A DNA stretch of 64,000 nt. Source: Octopus sinensis. Its lineage: Eukaryota. Within the stretch, counting starts at the first letter, position 1, and each line of letters opens with the position of its first letter. The notes under the pieces are model-generated. The model searched no databases and had not been told where the DNA came from. It was given only the letters and a program-made list of their open reading frames with translations. The DNA is taken from contig NC_043009.1 in NCBI RefSeq assembly GCF_006345805.1, positions 10,416,001-10,480,000 of the forward strand, written 5' to 3'. A program made the translations under genes and the position numbers. Positions 24,735 through 37,104 of the stretch are shown here, piece after piece.

Positions 24735-26606
24735 TCTGCATTTTTCATTGTTATTCAAAATTTTTTTTCCTGGCAATGCAATAAAACTAATAAATATTTG
24801 AATAAAATGAAACCTGCCTGTATATTTATTTAGAATTAATAATGTTTTTAGAATAATGAGAAATGTAATTATGACATTTTTATATCGAAACAAAGTGCAT
24901 AATAGGAACGCGCCATAAATGAAAGAGCAAAAATTCATTATGAAAAATAATTTTCTATATAATAATGAATATTAATGCAATGCTAATTTTATGATAAAAT
25001 CAAGAAATAAATTAGCTATATCTATACATAGTAAGAAGAGCTAGCTATAAGAGGCATGAGTATATATAAAAATCCAAAGAGAGCCAATGCATCCACCGTA
25101 AGGCAAGAGGGGCCACCTGCCCTTGTTATGGCAAAGTTAGTCGAAATTCATGTAAAAGGAAAATAATGCCTGCAATTCTGTTATTGTTCTTGTCAACTTG
25201 CCTAAAAATTAAAAAAAATTTGAATCCTGCGACTCTGAAAATCCAATCATACTATCTGAAAGCAAAAATCTTGTTAATTTACCCTAAGAAATTATAATCT
25301 AAATTCTGATACTCTTAATATTTAAATTTCATTTTTCTGGATTTGGTTTGCAAGATTCTTTATATGAGTTCGTGTGTTGAAGCATATTCTGTTGTGTCTG
25401 GGGAGAGTCATTTTCTTTTTGTGCCTTTTAATGTAACACACTCACCGGTAAAGTTTCCACTTATTATTTTTATTTTCCTAAAATTTTCGTTGCGTCTTGC
25501 AACCTTTTCAATAGTTTTGACCCTGTCCGTTATTTACCCTCTTAATATTTAATATTTAAAAGCAAACAAAAAACGTATTAAAAGTTCAGAAGCTCTTACA
25601 ACTTTGGTCGTCGTTATGCTTTGCTTTCGTTTGTTTAGTAAAAGTTCCCCCTCATATAATGATTTTGCTTTCATTTTGTGATAGACAACTGTCATGCAGA
25701 AAATGCCAGCTTCCAAATCCTGTTTTCTGATTCGATGAACCTCAGTAACATTTTTCTGCAATAAGTATGTATCTGTGTGTGACTGTTTATTTACGATGGA
25801 CAGCAAAAAAGAGTCCACTTGTCATCAATTGTTGTCAACGTACCCCTCTCTTCTTAAAGCTACATGTTCGTCACACTCACCTTTGTTGCTCTTCATGGGC
25901 CTTTTAAAAGTTACTTACGTGCATGTGTGTGCGTGTGTGTGTATTTACGGAAGTATGCATGCAGCGTCGCGTGTATATCCCTGAATTCGATTTCAGGCGT
26001 TATTCTCCTCTTTTTGACCTTACATACTTGAAATCTCAACTTTTTCTCTACTGAACTAAATTTCAAACTGTTGGGCTCAAAATTTAGCTTAGGAGGTGAC
26101 CGATCTAAAAAATGTATAAGCATGTATAATTTGATAAAAATGTATAATTTGATAACTGAATTAGCGACAAAGTCTAGAAGTGGACGCGAGTGAGTGACTT
26201 TAAGAATATTATTCACACACTTCCGTGTGTGAATGATTTTTATTGCAATACAGTGTATTCTATGAATATGAGGTATGTCTTTACAAGATGCCTAAATACT
26301 GAATCGAATCAAATATTTTGCAATGTTGCTTTCCAATTCTGGCAGAAGACCATCAGATCCGGAGAGGAGGGAAGTCGATTATATCGACTTCAGTGCTCAG
26401 CTGATACTCATTTTATCGAGTACCGAAAAGCTAAAAGCAAAGTAGCATTGCGCATAAATGCAAACTTGTTACCAGTTCAAATATGCTTGGGGCATATTCG
26501 AACCTGTAAAAATACCCATTACTGTATTTTGTCATGGAGAACATTTCCCGCTGTAGACAAATAAGGTGTAAACACATTCAATCAGTTCGAAGTGCCCCTT
26601 AACTAG

Positions 26607-26644
<38 letters not shown>

Positions 26645-26655
<11 letters not shown>

Positions 26656-27108
26656 ACGCTTCCTTCAGTTTCTGTCGAGCAAATCCATTCACAAAACTTT
26701 GGTCAACTCTAGACCATAAAAGAAGACCCTTGCCCCAATGTGTCGCGCAGTTGGACCGAAAATGGAACATGTAGTTTGGGAAGCCAGTTTATTTTTTTAT
26801 CACACAGCCACGCCTACGCCTAAAAATGGATAGTTGGTTAGCCGCGACGACAAGCATAACATTCAGTGATTTGACCAACTGAGTAACTCCTCAGAATTCC
26901 ACAGACATATCACCCTTAAATTATATAACAATTCAGATAGAAAAAAATAATAATTTCAGTAAGGCGTAGGAGTGGCTGTGTGGTTCCGGGTTCAGTCCCA
27001 CTGCGTGGCCCCTTGAGCAAGTGTCTTCTACTATAGCCTCAGGCTGAACAATGCCTTGTGAGTGGATTTGGTAGACGGAAACTGAAAGAAGCCTGTCGTA
27101 TATATATG

Positions 27109-27154
<46 letters not shown>

Positions 27155-27340
27155 TCCCCCCAAAATCACTTGACAACCGATGCTGGTGTATTTACGTCCT
27201 CGTAACTTAGCAGTTCGGTAAAAGAGACCGATAGAATAAGTACTGGGCTTAAAAAGAAAAAGTCCTGATGTCGATTTGCTCGACTAAATGCGGTGCTCCA
27301 GCATGGCCACAGTCAAATGACTGAAACAAGTAAAAGAGTA
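26645..27340. mobile_element. Head-to-head pair of SINE-B copies (minus 26645-26820, plus 26963-27340)
   Basis: Opposite orientations about 140 bp apart. Confidence 0.75.
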
Positions 27341-28251
27341 AAGTGTACTCCCAGATTTTTTTTCTTTTGGTTTTTGCATAATCGTATGAATTCGCGTGTG
27401 TGGAATACAAATTAACAAAAATTTTCTGCAAATTCCATAAAATAAAATTCTGCCAATATTTTATTTGTTTACAGACAACACGTGGTGTCACGTGCAAAAC
27501 GACAGCTTCCAAATCCTGCTTTCTGTCTGGGTAAAACCGATCAAACTTTAAACCTCTGTAACTTTTTTTTTAAAAAATTCTGGGTAAAGCTAAACATCCT
27601 CCGAGATTCAGCGTGGAAAATTATATCAATACGCCGAATTTTAAAATTTTCACTAAACTTTAAAATTTCTACAAGTGCAACCAAACAGAAAAGAAATGCA
27701 CAACACTTTCTGGATACCCAGATATTAGAATATGTCATAGTAGTAGTAGAAGTAGCACTGAATATAAATACAACTCGTGTTTTTGTTGTAAACATTAAAT
27801 GTTCTTCCCTGATGTAAGACTAATTCCCATGGGTTTATTTTTGTTCTTCATTTCATCAGATGATAGCTTCTATTTGTGAATTATTGTATTCTTTCTCATG
27901 GTTATAGAACTCAATCTTACATGTTTTATTCTTGCTGCGACAAGCATATATATTGTTTCAGCTGAAAATAAATCTCATCATTGTATGTTTTCCGTTATAC
28001 AGACAGGGATTAGACGGAGCTTATTTTGCCATTAGGCTGTCGAATTACTTGATCAATCATTCATTCTAACTTTCCTACGTGACAAAAAGAATCGCTCTTT
28101 ATCGACCATAGTGTAAAGAATGGTAAATTTGTACTTTATCAATAAATTGTATATATTAAGTGAAAGGTTTTGTTGTCGTTAACTCTGCCCGCTACTCTAC
28201 TTGAATTTTGGTCTGCTCCAGCCAATTGGTGGTCATTTGACAATAGAAATG

Positions 28252-30448
28252 AGTTGTGAAACGAAAAGCGTAGGGCAAAATACCTAGTACTATTTGTTCC
28301 TACTGTCTGCTCTATAAACTCAAATCCCACTGAGATCGAAGTCACCTTTCAGGTCGGTGGTAAACTTAGAGAGTAGACTTACTCAGTCACCTTGTTTCAA
28401 CATTAATAGCTGGTCCGCTTGTACTTTTAGCGAAGTTCGTTTTGTTCGTTTTGATTTCATTTCTATTGTCGAATATAATTTATACCCACCCCTGTAGGTG
28501 TATATACATGTATGTGTAGACGACTCAGTTGCGATGTTTAAATATAAAACTGAATAACCATGTAGGCGCAGGCGTGGTTGGGTGGTAAGAAGGTTGCTTC
28601 CCAGCTACATGATTCCGGGTTCAGTCCTTCTACGAGGCACCTTCTTCTATAGCTTTGGGCCGGCCAAAGCTTTGCGAGCAGATCTGATAGACGGAAACTG
28701 AACGAAGTCCATTGTATATCGATGTGTGTGTGTGTCTTTGAGTCTGTGTTTGTCACACCAGCCCACCGCTTAACAACCGGTATAGGTGTGTTTATGTCCC
28801 CGTAACTTAGCGGTTCGGCAAAGAGAGCGATAGAATAAGCACCAGGTTGCAGAAAAAAACAAAACAAAAAGCACTGGGGCCAATTCATTCGACTAAAAAT
28901 TCTTCAAGGCGGTGCCCCTGCATGGCCGTAGTTAAATGACTTAAAACAAGTGAAAGACTAGTTTCGATCTACTCATCTTCGGGCTCAGCATGCTTCCACT
29001 GTACCACTCAGCATTCTTCCACTCAGAGAGTTTTTAAATAAATGTATAATTGAGTCAATAATATTGAAAAGGTTGCAAGACGCAACGAAAATTTTAGGGA
29101 AAGAAAATTAAGGAATAAGTGGAAATTTTACCGGTGATTGTGTTAAATTATAAGGCACAAAGAGAAAATGACTCTCCTCGGACTCTCAAACAGAATATGC
29201 TTCAACACACGAACTCACATAAAGAATCTTGCAAAGAAAATCCAAAAGCGAAATATAATGGATTATTTCCTTTATTGTCTGTTTTTGGTCTCATTGTCTG
29301 TTTTTGGTCTATTACATCATCCATCTTATGTTATTTCTTTATTTCTATGCTTTGGACTCTTTCAAATGAACGAAGCATAGCAACAACACAATGCATGTAA
29401 CACTGCGAGGTTAATTAACTTGCTGAAAGGCAGCATTTCACTCTGCCAATATTCTGAGAGTCACATTTGACAAAATCACATACATAGATCTATGAGTTTC
29501 AAATGTGTTTTGGGCGTCTACTCATTTGTCATTTTCAGATCAACCAGGAGCCAATCAATTGTATAAATGTCTCCCCAGTGTAGCACAGCAAACGAGCTTG
29601 CTAGTCTTGTTACTATATGGCATGTCACCTGTTACTGTTTTGACTGTAGATGTGTTCATAATAATTTACATTGACAAATCATTTCAAATTTTGAAAATAA
29701 TGTTTAGCAGTCTTAAAACATATCATTACGAAATATATTTCACAGAACTTTCCCCAAACTAGAAACCTTTAATTAACTAATATCCTGGCCTAAAAAAATT
29801 ATCCAGGAAGAATCATTTTAGTAATATCAATATATGCAATCACCATAAACGTCTACACATGAACCTTAAAACATGTTCATCCTTACGAGATAGAAAAGCA
29901 ACTCAACATACATTTCCATCTTCAGCTGCCTAATGGGTGTCACTTGTATTAGGTCAGGAAGAGAAAGCAATTCCCATGATCCTTCATAGTTTTAGCGTCT
30001 CGGGCGAAATGCGTTGCCGTATTTCGTCTGTCGTTACATTCTGAGTTCAAATTCCGCCGAGATCGACTTTGCCTTTCATCCTTTCGGGGTCGATAAATTA
30101 AGTACCAGTTATGCACTGGGGTCGATGTAATCGACTTAATCCGTTTGTTTGTCCCCTCTATGTTTAGCCCCTTGTGGGTAATAAAGAAACATGTATTGAT
30201 GGGAAGAAGTGTGGAAAGTTATTCTAAATCCAGAGATCCGTCCAGATGCTATCAACAAAACGAACTTCGCTAAAAGTACGAGCGGACCAGCCGTTAATGT
30301 TGAAACAAGGTGACTGAGTAAGTCTACTCTCCAAATTTACCACTGACCTGAAAAGTGATTTCGATCTCAATGGGATTTGAGTTTATAGAGCTGACAGTAG
30401 GAACAAATAGTACTAGGTATTTTGCCCTACGCTTTTCGTTTCACAACT
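28252..30448. mobile_element. Foldback element / long inverted repeat (about 195-bp arms) carrying nested SINEs
   Basis: 28252-28446 is a highly similar reverse complement of 30254-30448. The interior contains a SINE-B (28565-28955) and a SINE-A (29993-30190); no transposase was seen. Confidence 0.85.
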
Positions 30449-32887
30449 ACATTGTTCAAGTTTCGTTCCCGCTGCTCAGCACTTCGGGCAAGTATCCCAT
30501 ACATTGAAAACCTCGATATATCAGATCAGCTGATCAACTATAAGACAGTCATCAGGTGGGCCATGTTCCTATTACAACCGACTCCATTCTAAACGACAGT
30601 TAATTGGCAAAATGCAGTTATTACTGTTCATTTAACCCCAAATCTTGGCAACCGTGAGAACCACGTCTTTATCCATGATTTTATTTAGGGCATAATGCAT
30701 CTTATACTGCATTATTCAATGCGCTTTTCCCGTTGTTCATGCGCTATTGTTGTTTTGTAACATGAGTAAAATTATAATTAAAAAACGTTCCAACTGTGGA
30801 CATTCCATCCTTTACTCAAACTGGGTGTCAGAGAGTACATTATATAATGCATTATTCCTCCATTCTTTAAGGCGTTGATATTATTTGAAGGGTATTTGGA
30901 TGCTTCAGCTTCTTGTAGCAAGTTGATAGACCATCTAAAACCTCCTTCATTGGTTTAAAACGTTAGCATTTGGATTTGAGAGAAATTTCGCGGCTGTTTT
31001 CAGTAGGCCGAGCTACTACGCAAGGTATTCCATCCACGTGGTCTCAGATTCCAAAAGACAGGACGCAATTCCGTGGTAACACGCCAAGGCGCTTTAATTC
31101 AGTGTATAAGTTTGGGTTCCGTAAAAGCTATTAAATACTTTATCAAGAATCGTATTAATGGCATTGACACAGAATATTCGAAGACGATGGAGGAAAACGA
31201 TGGATTCGTAGAATCGTTAAAATGTCCAACAAATATCTGACGATAGCTATTCCGACCCTTTGTGTCCTGTGCTCAAGTACTGTCGAAACCAAGTTTACCT
31301 TTTACCTCTCTAGGGGGTCCGTAAATAAAGTACTAGTCAAATATTGTTGTTGGGTGGGGCAGTAAATATTTTATCACTTTCTCAGAGAGTCGGGGAGCGT
31401 CATTCCCGATGCCAACTTTCTCCAAGAAATCGAGGAGAGTTAACTGATAATAATTAGGTTTTATGTATTTAGAATTGTGTCAAATAGATTAATATTTAGT
31501 AAGAATGGGAGAGGAAGACATTCATTAAATTGATTTAAATACTGGTGTGTGGTATACAAATTATTAATTTAGTTGAGAAGGAATCATATTTGTTGTTGTG
31601 GAGGACCAGGTCAGCTCTAGTGAAATTGATCTGTAAAATGCAGGTAGTCGACCGAAAACTAAGTTTTATAAAAAGATATAGTTTAGATATATGGAAGCAA
31701 AGTCCAATGACCACACATGTAATATATCGTAAGGGATGCAGTGACAGTCTGCACCTGTTCTCTCTTCACAGGCATTAGTAGATTCTACCAGTAACCAATG
31801 CGAAGTTGGATAAAGTAGACAGAAACAGAACACCGTAGGTGACGTTCCTCTACATTTCTCATTGGTGGTGTGCATATCAGCATAATATTTTGCACTAATG
31901 CATCTACAGATGCACTTATTTTATTTTACTTTATTTTATTTTTGCTTGCTCGGATTAAGAGGGACAAACAAATTGGTGTGATTACAGTGTATTGGGATGA
32001 ACGCACATGTAGCGACAGGGAGTCAGAGCATCCTTCCTCAGCAGTGGTAATGAAAAGAAAGGAAGAAATCATTGTTTTTAACTATGAGATGACTTTACAG
32101 CGGCAATCCGAACAAATTCACAAATTTTGTTGGTTAAACACTAATATTGTAGTACCGCCTGAATAAATCGGAACTTGGTACTATCATTCGAATTTATTCG
32201 AGATGATGCCAATGCAATTTGCTTAATAGCATTTTCGCATGGAATGAAGCCAGATCATGCATTTTCTTCACTGAAAGCTCATCGTTAATGGTATAAGGAT
32301 CTCCTCACAAACTGTTCAACATTTATATCACAAATAATAAATTGGGATGCTCAAACATCTCCTAAGTCAAATAATGTCAAGAAGTATTCTATCACAGAAT
32401 AACTCACAACTTCAAAAGCATACCAGCAATTCTAACGATTCCAATAAGACCGATAACAGAGATAACAAGCAGACTGTAGATTCTGTCATATCATATGTTT
32501 AACTTAAGGTTGGCTGTATGTTTAACTATGTATGTTGCTGCATGTTGCGTTAGTTCGTCTAGCCACTATATATTTTCTGGTTGAACTTCCACTTTGCAGC
32601 GACTTGGGCAGGTGACTTCCACCAGTCACGAAGCAATGTGAGTGAAAGTTGGTGGGTAGTAATGCTGCTTCGATTTAGGTGCACAATTCCTGTTCTTGGA
32701 TGGCAGACACAATCTGTCGTGGTGTTTAATCCTTTACCGTGGTTCCTTGGAGACCTTTAACAGAGTCCACACTGCGCAGCCATTAAAATGAATAAACCAT
32801 TAAAAATGAGTAAGCCATTAAAAATGAAACAAAAAATAAATAAATATAAGTAAAGCATCAATGGTTGACTTGTTCACACGGCAATAG

Positions 32888-33150
32888 ATATGTATGTGGT
32901 TAAGAAGCTCGCTTTGCAACGGCATGGTTTCAGGTTCAGTCCTTCTGCGTAGCACCTTGGACAATGTCTCCTACTATTGCCCTTGGCCTTCATTTGACAA
33001 CAAGTGATGGTTTCTTTACTTAACAGTTCGGCAAGAGATACCGATAGAATGAGTACCAGGCTAAAAATAAGCACTAGGGTTCGATTTGTTCGACTAAACC
33101 CTTTAAGCGGTGCGCTAGCATGACCGCAGTCCAGTGACTGAAACAAAAAA
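32888..33150 (+). mobile_element. Internally deleted SINE-B followed by a 300-bp (TG)n tract
   Basis: Head GTGGTTAAGAAGCT.. and tail CTAGCATGACCGCAGTCCAGTGACTGAAACAA. Confidence 0.75.
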
Positions 33151-33253
33151 AATATACATACATACATACATGTGTGTGTGTGTGTGTGGTGTGTGTGTGT
33201 GTGCGTGTGTGTGTGTGTGTGTGTGTGCGTGTGTGTGTGTGTGCGTGCGTGTG

Positions 33254-33298
<45 letters not shown>

Positions 33299-33495
33299 TG
33301 TGTGTGCGTGTGTGTGTGTGCGTGTGTGGTGTGCGTGTGTGTGTGTGCGTGTGTGTGTGTGCGTGTGTGTGCGCGCGTGCGTGTGTGTGTGTGCGTGTGT
33401 GTGTGTGTGTGCGTGTGTGTGTGTGCGTGTGTGTGTGCGTGTGTGTGCGTGTGTGTGTGTGTGTGTGTGTAAAATCATATAAAACCGTTACTTAC

Positions 33496-33840
33496 CTGAA
33501 ATGCGATATCAAAGCCGACCAGTACAGTGTAATAAACCTTACAGAAAGCAACTCCGATGTTCCACCGGAAGTAATAGAGATGAGCAAACACCAAGTGTCC
33601 GAATATACCCCAGAGAGAACTACTGATGCAGATGTTCAATAACAGTTTATCTAAGGGTCTAGTGTCTCCCTTCTTTATCTTTCGAAGCAGTACAACGACG
33701 AGGAGTAGGTTGGGCAACAGCACTGTAAGGCTAATAGTAATGTATAGTAAGTAATAGTAGAGTTCTTGCTGGTATTTCGATGATTTGTAGGTTCGGTAGA
33801 AATTGCGTAGTCCGTAGATGGTGTAGTCGTACAATTCCAT
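33496..33840 (-). CDS. Class A GPCR, coding exon 1 (N-terminus, TM1, TM2, ECL1, first part of TM3; 115 aa)
   Basis: ATG at 33840 has an in-frame TAA two codons upstream. TM1 is [23 protein letters not shown] (N1.50), TM2 is [21 protein letters not shown]1/TM3 is WNIGVAFC (C3.25). The exon ends at a strong donor CAG|GTAAGT (GT at 33495-33494), phase 0. Confidence 0.9.
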
Positions 33841-33849
33841 GATTTAGTA

Positions 33850-33876
33850 CTTTGGAAAGAGAAAGAAAGAAAATAT
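33850..33876 (-). promoter_or_regulatory. Probable splice acceptor 9 nt upstream of the GPCR ATG, implying a non-coding 5' exon further upstream
   Basis: Minus strand reads TATTTTCTTTCTTTCTCTTTCCAAAG|TACTAAATC ATG: a long polypyrimidine tract followed by AG. Confidence 0.6.
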
Positions 33877-33939
33877 AGGTAAGACAATAATACACAGGTG
33901 TAAAATAAAACAACGACAAAGAAACGAACATAAGTAATA

Positions 33940-34159
33940 GTGATTTCGAATTTTGGCACAAGACAAGCAGTTCCAGGGGAGGATGTAAGTCGATTTCATC
34001 GACCCCCAGCACCCAATTGGCACTTATTTTATCGACCCCGAAAGAATGAAAGGCAAAGTCCACCTCGACGGAATCTGAAGTCAGAACGTAAAGACAGACG
34101 AAATCCCAAGGAGCATTTTGCCCGGCGCGGTAACGATTCCGCCAGCTCTCACCGCCTTA
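33940..34159 (-). mobile_element. SINE-A with 14-bp TSD, about 90 bp upstream of the GPCR exon-1 acceptor
   Basis: GAACATAAGTAATA at 33926-33939 and 34160-34173. Confidence 0.85.
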
Positions 34160-34537
34160 GAACATAAGTAATAATGGGTAACATATACATACAGTCATTA
34201 TGTGCTGAACGCTGTTGTCGTTTGGTTACTAAAACCGATATTGCAGATTGTTGTGCTTTGATTTAATTAGATATTTCAAACCAACCAGCTCAGCACCAGC
34301 ATATTGCGGAGAGCTATCACTTCTTACAAAATTGAGTGACATTTCTCGTAGATTATGTATAAACCAGCGTTCAGTGTACAAACCATTATAGAGAATTCAG
34401 TCCCTAGGCCTTTATTCTAATTATTCAGACCCTTAGTGTTACCCTCTTCCTGGGTTATTTCTCTTAGCTTTGTTTTATCATGAATCATTCAAATGAATAT
34501 TGGCCTAATATATTTGTATTATTCCTTATACAATTCT

Positions 34538-34589
34538 GATTGCTAAGTTGACGAGGTCTTGCAGACCGAAACTTGTGTACATAGTTATC
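34538..34589 (+). ncRNA. Degenerate type I hammerhead ribozyme-like motif
   Basis: GATTGCTAAG-TTGACGA-GGTC(TTGCA)GACC-GAAA-C(TTGT)GTA-CATAGTTATC: perfect 4-bp stem II, C3 replaced by U, stem I 8 of 10 pairs including one wobble. Confidence 0.45.
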
Positions 34590-34754
34590 TCCCGCTTATA
34601 ACGAAGATCAAACTGTCTTTTCATCACAACTTACTAAGGAATTTATGAAAATTATCTCCCCTTCTCTTTGGAATTGCTAACACGAGTTCTCTATTTTCCG
34701 ACTCCCCCAAGAAAGAAAAGCCTAAGAACTTCAGAATTTATTATGTAAAGTCAT

Positions 34755-35455
34755 ACCATACCTACCTACCTACCTACCTACCTACCTACCTGTTTATATC
34801 TGTCTGTCTATATCTACCTATCTACCTACGTACGTACCTACGTACCTACCTGCCTACGTACCTACCTACATACCTGTCTATATCTGTCTGTCTATATCTA
34901 CCTATCTACCTACCTACCTACCAAACTACCTGTCTATATCTGTCTGTCTATATCTACCTATCTACCTACGTACGTACGTACCTACCTACCTACCTACCTA
35001 CCAACCTACCTACCTACCTACCTACCTATCTACCTACCTACCTACCTACCTGTTATATCTGTCTGTCTATATCTACCTATCTGCCTACGTACGTACCTAC
35101 GTACCTACCTACCTACGTACCTACCTACATACCTGTCTATATCTGTCTGTCTATATCTGCCTATCTACCTACCTACCTACCTACCTGTTTATATCTGTCT
35201 GTCTATATCTACCTATCTACCTACGTACGTACCTACGTACCTACCTACCTACGTACCTACCTACATACCTGTCTATATCTGTCTGTCTATATCTACCTAT
35301 CTACCTACCTACCTACCTACCTACCTACCTGTCTATATCTGTCTGTCTATATCTACCTATCTGCCTACGTACGTACGTACGTACCTACCTACCTACCTAC
35401 CAACCTACCTGTCTATATCTGTCTGTCTATATCTACCTACCTACCTACCTACCTA
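34755..35455. repeat. (CTAC)n-based compound minisatellite with higher-order units of about 135 bp
   Basis: Recurrent module CTGT(T/C)TATATCTGTCTGTCTATATCT; units start at about 34790, 35050 and 35185. Confidence 0.9.
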
Positions 35456-35619
35456 ACCAGAAATACGTGATCCTAGGTTAATTCCCACTGTGCGGTACTT
35501 CAGTGACTGCTGCTTTAGCTCCGAGTGGACAAATACCTTGCGTATGAAACTCACGTGATGGAAACTATACGGAAGCCCATCATATATGGGCGTATATGTG
35601 CACATATTCGATAGGACAT

Positions 35620-35653
<34 letters not shown>

Positions 35654-36158
35654 GCACGCACACACACACGATTTTAACCAAGTATGAGCAAAGAAATACC
35701 TCAATGAAGAATTACTTCAGGACAATGAACCTTTCAGGTGAGATGTGTGGCACCTTGCTGTACTCAAGAAGACCTGTACTCCACAGTGGTATGTATTTCA
35801 ACAATATAGACAAATACAGGTGTATTATACACACTGTAAAAAATTCTCGATTTACTACCATTGTTTCTCCCACTAGAGAATGTGACACAGTTGCTAAATA
35901 GCAATTTAGAACAGATTCATACGAGAAAGTGAGACAATAACTATCAAAAATTCTCTGAAGCTCACATGTCATTCAGCAAAAGAACATTTTATTGTCTAGA
36001 GATAAGATGACAGTCGGGGACACGCGTTTCTGCCTTAATAAGCTCAGTTAGCATGATAATTATTCCACCTTATCTTTAGCCGCCTAGGTACCTAGATAAT
36101 ATACAAAAAGACATGAACTTGCATATATCTTATATATTACCTTATATAAGATATATGT

Positions 36159-36446
36159 GTGGAGGCGCAATGGCTCAGTGTTTGGGGCAGCGGACTTGCG
36201 GTCGTAGGATCGCGGTTTCGATTCCCAGACCGGGCCTTGTGAGTGTTTATTGAGCGAAAACCCGGTAGGGTGTAGTGGTGGTCCCTGCTGTACTCTTTCA
36301 CCACACTTTTCTCTCACTCTTTCTTCTGTTGGCCTGCTCGCTTAGCCAGCGGGGTGGCGTCATTTGAAGGCTAAACAATGCGAAGCGCATTGTGACCAGC
36401 GATGTGTAGCAACATCTGATGGCCTGGTCGGTCACGTGATCACGTG
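36159..36446 (+). mobile_element. SINE-C, full length, CACGTGAT tail, 13-bp TSD
   Basis: tRNA-like head GGAGGCGCAATGGC.CAGTG..GGTTTCGATTCCC. TSD ATAAGATATATGT at 36146-36158 and 36447-36459. Confidence 0.85.
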
Positions 36447-37104
36447 ATAAGATATATGTAAGATAATTATATATATCTTAATGTTGGTTTACATTGTTAT
36501 TCCTAATATGATCCGCTCGTCGCTGTTGTGTACGTTATAAAAGAAACCTTTACAACGACAGTAAGTTCGTAACATACACGACTCACTGGTGCAAAGGATT
36601 CTGGGACACTGGTGTTTGCTTATCAGTGCTGTAGTAGAAATATTTAGCAATCGCAAAATTTAGAATCGAACCCAGATCACTATATCCGATGCAAAACCGC
36701 CCACAAAACTTAAGAATTCGGTCGCAATTCGCTAAGATATAAGCAAAATTACCAAAAAGTCTAACTATTGAAGATTACGTGTGGAACCGGATCTAACAAC
36801 AATTTCATCTTTGGTGCATTTTTTTTAAAAAACCAAGACCATCACAAAATATTCAGCGTATTTTAGCCGCTACAACCAGACAGCTGACAGCAAAACGGAC
36901 ACAACACAAGGCTGTCACCAGACAGTAGCAGAATCAGAAGTATGCTAGACCGCTGTCAAAACACAAAAACAATGGACACCGGCGGCTGCAACTCACCGTG
37001 ACAAGCTACAATCAAGAAGCTCACGATGGCGACTATCAAACGTAGTCCAAGGACAATAAGCTTCAAACTGTCTAGCTGTTTGTCGTTGGCAGTAATGACA
37101 ACGA

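Noticed and set aside
33475-33495. The ORF-track C-terminus VSNGFI* of the 33475-33840 ORF and the MFSFYFQ N-terminus of the 14641-15324 ORF
   Set aside because: Both are intronic read-through beyond canonical splice sites.
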